From NCBI GenBank assembly GCA_036010925.1, contig DASCML010000069.1, forward strand, positions 1 to 36,417: a DNA stretch of 36,417 nucleotides. The letters are read 5' to 3'. The notes beneath the pieces are model-generated. The model made no database searches, had not been told where the DNA came from, and saw only the letters and a program-made list of their open reading frames with translations. Source of the DNA: Dehalococcoidia bacterium (GTDB taxonomy: Bacteria > Chloroflexota > Dehalococcoidia > Tepidiformales > Tepidiformaceae). The translations under genes and the position numbers were made by a program. Below are positions 18,842-27,984 of this stretch, piece after piece. Within the stretch, counting starts at the first letter, position 1. Each line of letters opens with the position of its first letter.

Positions 18842-19350
18842 GACCGACCGTTCCTGCAATTCTGCGAATCCTCAAGAACAGCCTCGAGGAGCATGTTATC
18901 CCCGAGCTCGAAAGTCACTACGCTCGTGGTCAGGCTGGCCAAATCGCGCTGACACTTGAGTGGCTGGCCGACGGTTGGGTGGAGCCGCTCCAGAAGACAC
19001 GGGAGGGCAACGCTGCTGTCCGAAGTTCGCTGATGGCCGTCAACGACGAGCTCGTGAAACTGGTCCAGAGCGATGCGGCACAAAAGGACCACTGGGCCGC
19101 CGCCCAGTCTCAGCTCGGCGACATGCTTGGCGACGCTGTCGAGGACACCGCAGCGGCTCAGGATGCCGACCGAGACCGCGTATTCAAGATCCTGGATGAC
19201 CTCGTGATTGCGGCGGGGGCACCGATGCCCGGTACGGAAGGCACAGGCCCACTCTGGGCGGCATTGTTGGCATCGCTGGAGCAACTGTCGGAGGCAGAGA
19301 CCTACTACGGTCAGATTCCTCTGCCGGAGGAACACTGGGTCGCTACGTAG
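18838..19350 (+). CDS. hypothetical helical protein, translationally coupled to the phosphotransferase
   Basis: 170-aa ORF. Its GTG start overlaps the upstream stop by 4 nt (GTGA). No family recognised. Confidence 0.6.
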   Translation: MRPTVPAILRILKNSLEEHVIPELESHYARGQAGQIALTLEWLADGWVEPLQKTREGNAAVRSSLMAVNDELVKLVQSDAAQKDHWAAAQSQLGDMLGDAVEDTAAAQDADRDRVFKILDDLVIAAGAPMPGTEGTGPLWAALLASLEQLSEAETYYGQIPLPEEHWVAT

Positions 19351-19382
19351 CTGGTTTGTCCTTAAGACTGGGGCTCACGCCC

Positions 19383-19800
19383 ATGGCCACTCTCGAAGAG
19401 CACTTGGCCAACTTGGCTGAGGCCTTCGACAGTGCCTATATGGACGAGCTGCGGCTCCCGTCCGGAAGCTGGGAGACCAATCCGGCTGCGTCTGGCGATG
19501 GTGAAGAAACCTAGAGCGGCCCGGCAGGTCGCCGAGCACATGGCGACCGCCTCGGCCGGCTCCGTAGCCGGGATCGCGTTCTTCATCGGGGTCCCCGGAC
19601 CGGTCCGCGAGGAGTCCGAGTTTCCGTCGGTTGACGAGGCCCTGGGCGCCACGCAGGTCGCGTACGCGAAGTTCATGGTGGTCGTGAGAGCCATCCCAGA
19701 GGACAAGCTGAAAATGGAGGTCGAAGCGCCCAGGTTCGGCAAGAACACAATCTCAGGGTTCCTCGGGATGGCCGCTCAGCACCTGCACCAGCACTCGTAA
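19383..19800 (+). pseudogene. DinB-like four-helix-bundle protein, probable +1 frameshift
   Basis: Phase 0 reads MATLEEHLANLAEAFDSAYMDELRLPSGSWETNPAAS... and stops at 19512-19514. Phase +1 carries ...KKPRAARQVAEHMATAS...ISGFLGMAAQHLHQHS. The His in the early helix and the terminal HxxH are consistent with the DinB metal triad. The junction is somewhere in 19470-19500. Alternatively, a shorter intact ORF starts at ATG 19498. Confidence 0.45.
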
Positions 19801-19860
19801 CAGCTGGCGGAACTCAACTGGTAACCCGCTCGTATCGGTTGGTGCCGGTGGTCGAGCCGA

Positions 19861-20682
19861 CTAGCCGGAGCCAGGAACCTGAAAAGAGCTGAATTGCTCC
19901 CGCTCGCGCGCAAGGTCGGCCGCTTCGCGCTTCCCCCAGGGCAGGAGCTTGACTCGTCGAACGTGGTCGGCTCCGGAGCCGTTTAATCCTGCGAGGTTCA
20001 GAGTGCCAGCCAGGTCTGGGCTTCCTGAATAGTACGCAGGCGTTGAGCCATCGCCGGCCGGCGTGGCGCGATCCCAATGCCCGAGCGCGATGTAATCTGC
20101 GTCGACCGCGGCCATCTCCTCGCTCGTTATAAGCCATGAACGATGTTCATCCCGCCCGTGTTCAAGCCAGTGGCCATGCGCGACCGCGACCTGGTGCTCG
20201 GCGAAACGAACTGGCGCGTCTCGGAGGGGGGACATACTCCCGTAGTCGACGTGAGGCTTCCCCCAGAATCCTAATCCGAGCTCCGGGATCTCAATCCGGT
20301 CGTCGTCAGTCACACCGAACACATACACGTTGTCCGGGTCCCCAATACCTCCTCTTCGATACACCGACGACGGCACAAGGCAGTCGTGGTTCCCGGGGAG
20401 GACGACCACCGGGATAGGCGCATCGCCGAGCAGGCGGGCCGCGGCGTCGAGTACCTCGAGTCGCAGTCGATTGTGGTCGAAAATGTCGCCTGCCAGGACC
20501 AACGCGTCAGCGCCCTCGGCCACGGACGTTTGGATAACAGAACGAAGTGAGCCCAGATCTTCGATGCCGGAGTGATTACCGATGTGCAGGTCCGAGCTGT
20601 GGGCCAGTAGCAGCTCCGAAGAATGCCCCTGCTGTTCGGAGCTGCCCGCGGTCGACTCTACGTCGCTATTCTGCACCCGCAA
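19861..20682 (-). CDS. metallophosphoesterase (calcineurin-like)
   Basis: DLHIG, LAGDIFD, GNHD and VAHGH motifs in canonical order. TTG start is uncertain. Confidence 0.85.
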   Translation of the reverse strand: MRVQNSDVESTAGSSEQQGHSSELLLAHSSDLHIGNHSGIEDLGSLRSVIQTSVAEGADALVLAGDIFDHNRLRLEVLDAAARLLGDAPIPVVVLPGNHDCLVPSSVYRRGGIGDPDNVYVFGVTDDDRIEIPELGLGFWGKPHVDYGSMSPLRDAPVRFAEHQVAVAHGHWLEHGRDEHRSWLITSEEMAAVDADYIALGHWDRATPAGDGSTPAYYSGSPDLAGTLNLAGLNGSGADHVRRVKLLPWGKREAADLAREREQFSSFQVPGSG

Positions 20683-20706
20683 CCGCTGCCTTAAACGTTC
20701 TGATCA

Positions 20707-21924
20707 CTAAACCGCCTTGATTCCCTGGTATTCCTGGCTGAACACGATTTCGATGAGGCCGAGGCCTACATCGGAGGAATCGTCCAGGTTTGTGACGCTT
20801 CCGTAGAGTTCGGCAAAGTGCCCGCCGGGCCTCTGTGGGACCTCCGTCTTCCCGGATTCGTCGAAGACCTTTACGGGATGGCTGACATCCCAGATCTCGC
20901 CCTCCAGTACATCTTCACCCCTGAAGATGCCACGGCCCAGTCCGTCGTTCCAGCCTCCCCAATAGCCGCCGCCCTGCATGTAAACGGGCTCGCTGATGAT
21001 GTCGACTTGGAAGCGGTCCAGTCCGCCATCCGGACGGGTGAAGTGGATCTCCGCCGCTTTCATTCTCGGCCAGCCATCTTCGAACTGAGCGTCCACGACC
21101 TTGACGTCTGTGTAGGCCCAGCCCTCTTTGCCCGAATCGTAAGGGTAGTCAATCCAGCTGTGGACCGTGCCCTCCTCGTTGGCGCCGGTCCCGGACGCGA
21201 CGTGTGAGCCGTCGTTGTGGTGCCGGAAAGAGTAGTAGAGTGAGCGGTCGGGAAAACGAATCAAGGACCAGTGCCGCGCGCCGGGCTCACCCCAGAACGA
21301 CCGTGGTCGCCCTTGCCCTGGGGCTGCGTGGGGATGGGGCTTCTCGCCCCATCCGGTGTCACCGAGCCCCCAGGAGTGGTCTTTGGCCCCGACCCAGCCA
21401 TCCTCGACTTTGAAGTTGTACTCGCGGGGTCCAACCTTCAGATACCCCGAAAGGTTTCCGAGCTGGATGATGTTTGAGCGCTCGCCCATAAGCCTGCCAT
21501 CCACCCAGCGACGCACGCCCGAAGCCTCGTCGTAAGGCGGTGCGGCGCTCTCCCAGAGGATGTCGAACTCGACCTGGTGGGGGTTGCTCTCTAGGCCGAG
21601 CTTCAGGGTCCTGTGGCCCCGGATAATGTCCATCGAGAAGGGCCCGACCGTCAGGTCGTCGATATCAGGGCGCAGCCTCCGGGTGGCCCGGACGTTGTAC
21701 TGCTTACCGTCGACCGTCGCCACGATCACGTACGCGTCGATCACATTGGTGTTGTGATAGAGCCGCAGGGCTGAGATCAGATTGACCTCGCCACCGGGAT
21801 CCCCGACGCAATGCCAGTATCCGTCGCTCCAGCCAGGGCTGGCGCTCGAGACCATGTTGAAGGTGTCGATTGTTTGATGCCGGGGCCATTCGTCGAGTTC
21901 GGTAAGGACACGTCGTGCAGGCAT
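20707..21924 (-). CDS. conserved hypothetical protein (405 aa, Trp/Gly-rich)
   Basis: Long unbiased ORF. Start at ATG 21924 after GAGGGGGAA. No catalytic motif recognised. Ends 24 nt upstream of the metallophosphoesterase start. Confidence 0.7.
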   Translation of the reverse strand: MPARRVLTELDEWPRHQTIDTFNMVSSASPGWSDGYWHCVGDPGGEVNLISALRLYHNTNVIDAYVIVATVDGKQYNVRATRRLRPDIDDLTVGPFSMDIIRGHRTLKLGLESNPHQVEFDILWESAAPPYDEASGVRRWVDGRLMGERSNIIQLGNLSGYLKVGPREYNFKVEDGWVGAKDHSWGLGDTGWGEKPHPHAAPGQGRPRSFWGEPGARHWSLIRFPDRSLYYSFRHHNDGSHVASGTGANEEGTVHSWIDYPYDSGKEGWAYTDVKVVDAQFEDGWPRMKAAEIHFTRPDGGLDRFQVDIISEPVYMQGGGYWGGWNDGLGRGIFRGEDVLEGEIWDVSHPVKVFDESGKTEVPQRPGGHFAELYGSVTNLDDSSDVGLGLIEIVFSQEYQGIKAV

Positions 21925-21958
21925 ACGGTTCCCCCTCAAAGGTGCCGATGAGTATAGC

Positions 21959-21987
21959 CCCCGCCGACCCAACTTGGGTCGGCGGGG
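21959..21987 (-). terminator. 12-bp perfect GC-rich hairpin (CCCCGCCGACCC-AACTT-GGGTCGGCGGGG)
   Basis: Read directly. It sits between the LLM oxidoreductase stop (22033) and the next same-strand start (21924). No U-tract, so it is either an intrinsic-like terminator or an RNA-stability hairpin. Confidence 0.45.
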
Positions 21988-22032
21988 TGCTCCGGTCGAG
22001 CCACAGTTGAGCGCCGTTCAGGTGCCGAACTG

Positions 22033-22896
22033 TCAGGCTGTGATCGTCTTCGCCATTTTCTCGAGCTGGGCGAATGCCTCCGGCTCCGGAACGGATGCCA
22101 GCCCAAGATTGATTCGGTTCACTTCAAGATCCTCGAGCTCGGAAATCGAGTAGACCTCGAGTACGCCGGCACCTGCGGTGATCTTGGGAGTTTCGCGGCC
22201 TGCCGCCTTCGAGAGGCTGCGCATCTCCTCGACGATCTGCGGTAGCTCGCTCACCGGGGTCATTCTTCCGCGGAAGCTCTCGTCAAACTGAACCGTGAGC
22301 GCGGGAAGCCAGCCGTCCCCGTAGGCGACCACGCGCTTGATCACGTTCTCCCCGGCACCGCCGACCAGGATCGGCGGATGAGGCTTTTGGACAGGCTTTG
22401 GGAACTGCCAGGTGGGGGCGAAATCAACGTGGCGGCCGTGGTACTCTGCTTCATCCTGCGTCCAGAGCTGCTTCATGGCCTCGACACGCTCGCGCATGAG
22501 GCGGAACCGGGTCTTCGGGTCCGTGCCGTGGTTCTCCATCTCGGGTTCGTTCCACCCCGCGCCGATGCCGAGTATGACCCGGCCGTTCGAGAGCTGGTCG
22601 AGGGTGGCAATTTCTTTCGCGCAGTTGAAGGGGTCGCGCTGTGTGATGAGAGCGATCGCCGTTCCGAGCTTTATCTTCTCGGTCACTGCTGCCGCCGCTC
22701 CAAGCGATACGAACGGGTCGAGGATGCTCTTGTACATCATCGGAACTTCAGGGCCGAACGGCCATGGCGTGTCCACCGGCATATGCGAGTGCTCGGGTAC
22801 GAACATGGCTTCGAACCCCAGTCGCTCTGCTTCGACGGCGACCCTGTCAGGGCGTGCGCTGTCGGGTGTTGGGAAATAGGTGAATCCGTACTTCAT
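22033..22896 (-). CDS. LLM-class (luciferase-like) F420-dependent oxidoreductase
   Basis: MKYGFTYFPT..., FEAMFVPEHSH and GRVILGIGAGW blocks typical of the family. Start at ATG 22896 after GGAGGAA. Confidence 0.88.
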   Translation of the reverse strand: MKYGFTYFPTPDSARPDRVAVEAERLGFEAMFVPEHSHMPVDTPWPFGPEVPMMYKSILDPFVSLGAAAAVTEKIKLGTAIALITQRDPFNCAKEIATLDQLSNGRVILGIGAGWNEPEMENHGTDPKTRFRLMRERVEAMKQLWTQDEAEYHGRHVDFAPTWQFPKPVQKPHPPILVGGAGENVIKRVVAYGDGWLPALTVQFDESFRGRMTPVSELPQIVEEMRSLSKAAGRETPKITAGAGVLEVYSISELEDLEVNRINLGLASVPEPEAFAQLEKMAKTITA

Positions 22897-22977
22897 TTGG
22901 ATCGATTCCTCCAAGTCTTCTTTTCAATTTCGCGTGCCCGGCCGTGGCAGCCGGCACCTTTCTGTCGCTAAGTTCTC

Positions 22978-23309
22978 CTAGGCCATTCCCCGTTTCTTCA
23001 TTTCGCACTGGAGTCGAGCAGCGCTCGACTCCAACAGAGGCGTCCGCTCATCTTCAGTGAGCGTTCCCTCGGTATCTTTCGCTATCTTGGCGCTGTCGAA
23101 CAGGATCCACTTCTCTGGTACGACCTTGGCAATGACTCGCAATGGCAAGGTCGGGCGGCGTACGAAGTCGACCGCGGCTGCCGGATCGGTCGGGTTCAAC
23201 TTGGCCGAGACCTCCGGGTAGAATCAGCTCTTGGTCTCGCGGCCCTCGTGGGCTATTGCTCTGGTCCTTGGCGGTCGCCGTCGCCCAAAGGAGCCTGTGA
23301 GGACACCTG
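22978..23309 (-). pseudogene. possible 5'-truncated PPOX/F420-type flavin-binding remnant with an in-frame TGA
   Basis: The 73-aa TTG ORF (22978..23199) reads ...PTLPLRVIAKVVPEKWILFD, resembling the C-terminal strand of PPOX-class proteins. The same frame upstream reads AIAHEGRETKS*FYPEVSAKL, with TGA at 23221-23223. It has no start codon and abuts the modC stop. Confidence 0.35.
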
Positions 23310-24395
23310 TCAGTCGGCACGCACGATGTGGATGTCGGCTGGATCTATCTCGATGGCGAACTCGCGGCGGTGCGATATGCCAAGGACTTCGTACGGCCTC
23401 GCCGCGATCTCCACTTCGATCTCCGGACCTATCCCCTCCGGTTGTAGCTTGAGAGCATAGGCCGACCCATAGGCGAACTCTTCGATGATGCGCGTGGTGG
23501 TCAGGTTCGCATGGACTTCGGAGGGGTGGAGTTCACGTCTCAGGTTCACTCGCTCGGCCCGCACCATCACGTCGACCGCATCGCCGGGTTGGAGGTCACC
23601 CGAGGCCGTGTTCGCCACTAAAACGAGGCCGTTGACGCTGACGGTTGTGCGGGGCGGTTCCACCGCGACCACCCTGCCGCCCCAGATATTCGAGACTCCG
23701 GTCAGTTCAGCGACTCTGCGGCTCGAAGGCTTTCGAAAGACGTCGTCGCGAGGCCCAAGCTGAAGGATTTCGCCGTCGTCGAAGACCGCGAGCCTATCGG
23801 CCAAGAGATGTGCCTCGCGGAGGTCATGGGTGACAAAAAGGATTGTCAGGCCCATCTGCGCCCGGAGCTGCAGGAGTTCGGCTCGCAGCCCCGCCCTGAG
23901 CGATTCGTCAAGGGCGCTGAATGGCTCGTCGAGGAGTAGTAATTGTGCCCGTCTTCCTAGGGCGCGGGCTAGGGCAACTCGTTGCTGCTGCCCTCCGCTC
24001 AGTGTCGCCGGCTTGCGGTTTTCAAAGCCTTCGAGGCCCAGGCCGGCGAGCAGTTCCATCGCGCGGCGGTCCCGCTCCGGGGTGTTCTTCATCCCGAAGG
24101 CAATGTTCTCCGCGACCGACATGTGCGGAAACAGGGCTGGATTCTGAAGTGCATAGCCGGCTGACCGCCGCCGCGCTGGCAAGTTGAAACTGCGCTCGGA
24201 GTCGAACCACCAACTGCCGTCGTAGGTGATCTGGCCGGCGTCCGGTGTTGTCAGTCCGGCTATCATCCGCAAGGTCTGACTCTTGCCGGAGCCGGAGTGG
24301 CCGAACAGGACGAGGAGCTCTTCTTGGGCTTCGAAGGCAGTGGTCAGCTCAAAGTTTCCCAGTCGCTTTCTCACGTCGATCGCGAGGCCGGTCAC
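23310..24395 (-). CDS. modC: molybdate/tungstate ABC transporter ATP-binding protein with a C-terminal TOBE-like domain
   Basis: Walker A GHSGSGKSQ, signature LSGGQQQRVALARAL, Walker B LLLDEPFSALD, and about 120 aa of C-terminal extension. Confidence 0.88.
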   Translation of the reverse strand: MTGLAIDVRKRLGNFELTTAFEAQEELLVLFGHSGSGKSQTLRMIAGLTTPDAGQITYDGSWWFDSERSFNLPARRRSAGYALQNPALFPHMSVAENIAFGMKNTPERDRRAMELLAGLGLEGFENRKPATLSGGQQQRVALARALGRRAQLLLLDEPFSALDESLRAGLRAELLQLRAQMGLTILFVTHDLREAHLLADRLAVFDDGEILQLGPRDDVFRKPSSRRVAELTGVSNIWGGRVVAVEPPRTTVSVNGLVLVANTASGDLQPGDAVDVMVRAERVNLRRELHPSEVHANLTTTRIIEEFAYGSAYALKLQPEGIGPEIEVEIAARPYEVLGISHRREFAIEIDPADIHIVRAD

Positions 24396-25066
24396 CTTCG
24401 ACCTCCAACTTGGAGCAGCAAGGCCATGGCGAGCAGGATCGCAAGGCCAATCAGGGCCGAAAAAAGCGCAAGAGTATTAGCCAGGTCTTGGTTGCCCGCC
24501 TGGACAGCGTCGAAGATGGCAGCGGGTACTGTTTGGGTCTCGCCGGGGATACTTGCAGCGACGATGACCGTCGCGCCGAACTCGCCAAGGCTCCGGGCGA
24601 AAGCAATGAGGACGGCGGCAGCGAGCCCGGGCCAGGCAAGCGGCAGGGCCACGCGGAGGAAGAGTCGGAGAGGCGAAGCCATGGTCTCGCCCACCGCGAG
24701 GATCTCGGGCTCTATCTGCTCGAAACCCGCCTGGGCTGTGCGGACGTAAAGGGGGAGCGAAACGATAGCGGCGCTGATCGCCGCTCCCTGCCAGGTGAAC
24801 ACCAGTCTTAGCCCGAGGTCATCGATGAGGAACTGACCGAACGAGCTCTGGCGCCCGAGTCCGTACAGCACGTAGTAGCCGATCGCGGTCGGAGGCAACA
24901 CGAGAGGTAACAGGGCAACCGAAGATAGTAGAGCCGATATGCGGCGATCGCTTCGGGTGATGAGCCAGGCAAGGGGCGTCCCGGCGAGGATGCAGAGTGT
25001 CGTAGCAGTGAGGGCGACGTAGGCCGAGATTCGGAATGTCGACCAGTCAACGTCTCCGAAGTTCAT
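24392..25066 (-). CDS. modB: molybdate ABC transporter permease
   Basis: 224-aa membrane protein. FARSLGEFGATV (EAA-loop-like) motif. 4-nt overlaps with both neighbouring genes. Confidence 0.88.
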   Translation of the reverse strand: MNFGDVDWSTFRISAYVALTATTLCILAGTPLAWLITRSDRRISALLSSVALLPLVLPPTAIGYYVLYGLGRQSSFGQFLIDDLGLRLVFTWQGAAISAAIVSLPLYVRTAQAGFEQIEPEILAVGETMASPLRLFLRVALPLAWPGLAAAVLIAFARSLGEFGATVIVAASIPGETQTVPAAIFDAVQAGNQDLANTLALFSALIGLAILLAMALLLQVGGRR

Positions 25067-25917
25067 CGCCTCGCGACCTCAAATCCAAAATCGCTTAAGA
25101 ACGTTTGCCCTTCCGGATCGAGCAGGTACTGGAGGATGCAGCGGCCCGTGAGCTCCGCACCGGTGCCTTTGATGACCGCGCCGGTCTGGAGAATGGGCTC
25201 GTGAAGCGTGGATTCGATGACCTGGAACGGTCGCCCGGTATTCACGACGAGGGCCAGTGCAACCAGCGCTGCGTCGGCGTTTCCCGTCTCCGCGTAGTCG
25301 ACTGCCTGGCGGGCGTTATCCCCGAGCACAAGCCGATCCTCGACGGCATCGAGGACTCCAACCTTCGAGAGGGCTTCGCTGGCGGCGCGGCCGTAAGGCG
25401 CGTGAGAGGGGTTTGCAATCGCGATGGTGCCGAATGAGGCGTCACTGAGCGATCCAAGAGCGGCAGGTGGGTCGACCCCGTTTCGCCAGATCAGTGCCAG
25501 CCGCCCGATTCCATAGGCTCCAGCGCCATCAGGCACGACGAATCCTTTTTGAAAAACCTCCTCGGTAAAGGCGATATCGGCTGAGAGAAAGAGGCCGAAT
25601 CTTGCACCCGCAAGGACCTGCATCCGCAACCTTCCAGACGATCCGAAAACGAATGTAATGTCGGATTCGCACGCGTCCTCTAGGGCGGGTTGGAGGCGCT
25701 CCAGTGCGTCCCGAATGTTCGCGGCTGCGGCGACTGAAATACTTGACGATGCTTTCTCGCCCACCACCACGACATCGTCTACGGAGTCGCCTGGGAATCG
25801 AAGTGGTACTGGCTCGGTCGTGGTCGTGGTCGTTTCGTTCGCCGAGCAGCCTGCGAGCACGACCAGCAAAGCGATGGTAGTGGCGAGTGTGGCCATTCTG
25901 TTACAGATTCGCAGCAT
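25063..25917 (-). CDS. modA: molybdate-binding periplasmic lipoprotein
   Basis: Lipobox LAGCS. FGSSGRLRMQVLAG...LFLSAD block typical of ModA. ATG 25917 overlaps the padR stop by 1 nt (TGATG). Confidence 0.82.
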   Translation of the reverse strand: MLRICNRMATLATTIALLVVLAGCSANETTTTTTEPVPLRFPGDSVDDVVVVGEKASSSISVAAAANIRDALERLQPALEDACESDITFVFGSSGRLRMQVLAGARFGLFLSADIAFTEEVFQKGFVVPDGAGAYGIGRLALIWRNGVDPPAALGSLSDASFGTIAIANPSHAPYGRAASEALSKVGVLDAVEDRLVLGDNARQAVDYAETGNADAALVALALVVNTGRPFQVIESTLHEPILQTGAVIKGTGAELTGRCILQYLLDPEGQTFLSDFGFEVARR

Positions 25918-26444
25918 CAGCGATTCCCGAGTGTGAGCCGGTAGGAATTGAGCCATCCCAGCGTGGCTTCGGCGGCCGATCGCTTCGAATCATCGACGAG
26001 TCGGGAGAATTCGGTGCCGGCTTCACGACGATTGAGGCCGGTCAGGTACGTTTCGCACACCTGGAGTTGGCCATCCACGAGGCGTTCGAGCGCGGGCTGG
26101 TCGGTTCGCTCGAGGAAGAACAGCTTGAGGAGGAACTCGAGCCGAATCTCTCGCATTCGTTCAACTGGCTCGCGAAGCCAGGCCTGCAGTAGCTCCCACC
26201 CTGCCGGGTCGAGTTCGAAGATCTTGCGCGGCGGGCGGAGGCCGACGCGCTCCTCCTTCCACCCGACCAGGTCCCGGGTCTCCAGATTCCGCAGATACGT
26301 GTAAAGAGTGCTGTGCTCGACCGGGCAGACATCGATGAGCGACTCGGATTCGAAGAAGTTGAGCATCTCGTATCCGTGCATTGGCCTGAGGGCTAGAACT
26401 CCGAGAATGGCGAACTCACCGGGGAGGAGGGCCCGCTCGCTCAT
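25917..26444 (-). CDS. PadR-family transcriptional regulator
   Basis: Winged-helix block ILGVLALRPMHGYEM...STLYTYLRNLETRDLV. First gene of the padR-modABC same-strand cluster. Confidence 0.85.
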   Translation of the reverse strand: MSERALLPGEFAILGVLALRPMHGYEMLNFFESESLIDVCPVEHSTLYTYLRNLETRDLVGWKEERVGLRPPRKIFELDPAGWELLQAWLREPVERMREIRLEFLLKLFFLERTDQPALERLVDGQLQVCETYLTGLNRREAGTEFSRLVDDSKRSAAEATLGWLNSYRLTLGNR

Positions 26445-26709
26445 GCTCAAACTCTAGGTGGTAGCCGTATAGTTGGCAACCGAATAAGTGGCTGCAAACC
26501 TTGATGGAGGAGGAGACGACTTCGACGGACGCGTGGGGACGTTTGCAGGTCTGTTGCGGCTATCGACCTATCCGGCGTAGAACGGCTGATCAAGTACCCA
26601 ACGACCTCGTAGCCGTTTGGTGGAACGGCCTGTCAAGGATTTGGGCCGGGGAGAATGAGATGAAGTCAGTCGAAAAATTTGGACTCGCAGCCCACTGGGA
26701 GAGGAACCG

Positions 26710-27777
26710 ATGAGCTTCACGACAGAGGAGGTCTCTGCCTACCTGAGCGAGCGCCTCGACGCCCCGACGACCGTCGGCTCTCTCTTCCAGACTTTCCCGG
26801 GAATGTCGCGGGAGACATGGATCGTGAAGGCGCAAGTTGGCGAAGGCGCTCTCGCAGAGGAAAGAGATCTCGTAATTCGTGTGAATCTGCCGAGCGGCGG
26901 AATCGTTCCCCTTCCCCTTAAGCTGGAGTGGGACGTTTACCAGAAGCTTTGGGGCACGGAGATCCCGGTAGCAGAGCCACTCTGGTACGACGAGGGACTT
27001 CCTTTTGCGGATGGAAGGGCTCATATGGTCCGCAATCTCGTCAATGGGAGCACGAGCGTTCCCGGAATTGGCGAGTCGGGGCCCAAAGGCGATGCCTTCA
27101 GGAAGCGAATCGCATTCGAACATGCGGAGAAACTTGCCCTCGTGCACACGTTCGACTGGAGGGCGAAGGGGCTCGACAAGATTCTCCCCACTCCAGACTC
27201 AGCCGCGGAGGCCTTCCGCCACGATTTCGAGATGTGGGTAACTCTCTGGGAGCAGCATCGTCCAGCCCCGTATCCGGAGGTCACCAGGTTCCTTTACTGG
27301 CTGCGGGAGCAGATTCCAGACACAACGCCCCGGATAGCGCTCGTCAAGGGAAACAACGGTATCGGAGAAGAGATCTGGAAGGACGGCAAGATCGTCGCCA
27401 TGAGTGACTGGGAACTCGCTTCTCTGGGCGACCCTACCCAGGACTGGGCGTTTTCACAGGGCATGTTGGGCCTCGCTGACCCATCAGAGACGCTCGCGCA
27501 CTACGAAGAAAAGGCCGGTTTCAAGCTTTCGCGGCGTGGCATGGCGTTTGCCCAGCTATTCATCGCCTTTAAAACGATCGCCTGTCTTAGCAACAGCCTG
27601 AAAAGCTTCATCGCCGGCGAGGACCACCGGCCGGTTCCGGTCACGCTTGGGCTCGGCAACGTGAAGAACTCGATCCATCGGCTGGCGCCACTTGTCGGCA
27701 TGGACCTGGTCGACGCGGCGGACGTCCTGTCGGGGCCACGGGCCCCCTCCAGCGTCTATTTTTCAAAGGATGATTAG
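26710..27777 (+). CDS. APH-like phosphotransferase-fold protein lacking canonical catalytic residues
   Basis: 355-aa paralog of 17807..18841. It aligns unambiguously around the shared WKDG. The motifs read LVKGNNGIGEEIW (the paralog has LVYGDYRFDNFFW) and VIRV (the paralog has VFKV). MSDWELA is retained. GGGAGAGGAA SD. Confidence 0.85.
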   Translation: MSFTTEEVSAYLSERLDAPTTVGSLFQTFPGMSRETWIVKAQVGEGALAEERDLVIRVNLPSGGIVPLPLKLEWDVYQKLWGTEIPVAEPLWYDEGLPFADGRAHMVRNLVNGSTSVPGIGESGPKGDAFRKRIAFEHAEKLALVHTFDWRAKGLDKILPTPDSAAEAFRHDFEMWVTLWEQHRPAPYPEVTRFLYWLREQIPDTTPRIALVKGNNGIGEEIWKDGKIVAMSDWELASLGDPTQDWAFSQGMLGLADPSETLAHYEEKAGFKLSRRGMAFAQLFIAFKTIACLSNSLKSFIAGEDHRPVPVTLGLGNVKNSIHRLAPLVGMDLVDAADVLSGPRAPSSVYFSKDD

Positions 27778-27863
27778 ACTAAATCCGGACCTTCCGATGG
27801 CGTGTGGGAGGCCCGAATTTACGATCCGGTCACAGTTTCGAACTAGATCCGTGGTATCCTAGG

Positions 27864-27982
27864 CACGCGTCGAATCCCGTCCAACGGGAACGGGGGAACC
27901 AAAATTTGGGGCTAACGAGCGGCTCGTCTGCTCGCGGCGACTTCCGACGCCGAGCCCGTCAGCTAACCTCGTAGACGCTAAT
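27864..27982 (+). promoter_or_regulatory. c-di-AMP riboswitch (ydaO-yuaA class)
   Basis: Class-typical blocks occur in order: GCGUCGAAUCC, hairpin CCCGU-CCA-ACGGG, ACGGGGGAACCA, GGGGCUAAC, internal GC hairpins, then CCGAGCCCGUCAGCUAACCUCGUAGACGC. The P1 helix GCGUC (27867-27871) / GACGC (27974-27978) closes the element. An extended -10-like TGGTATCCT lies at 27852-27860, just upstream. Confidence 0.8.
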
Positions 27983-27984
27983 CG

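Noticed and set aside
27860-27900. The minus strand reads GGATTCGACGCG, resembling the 5' region of tmRNA (ssrA).
   Set aside because: No tRNA-like 3' end, tag reading frame or GGGG 5' terminus follows on that strand. The plus strand matches the ydaO-yuaA c-di-AMP riboswitch over its full length.
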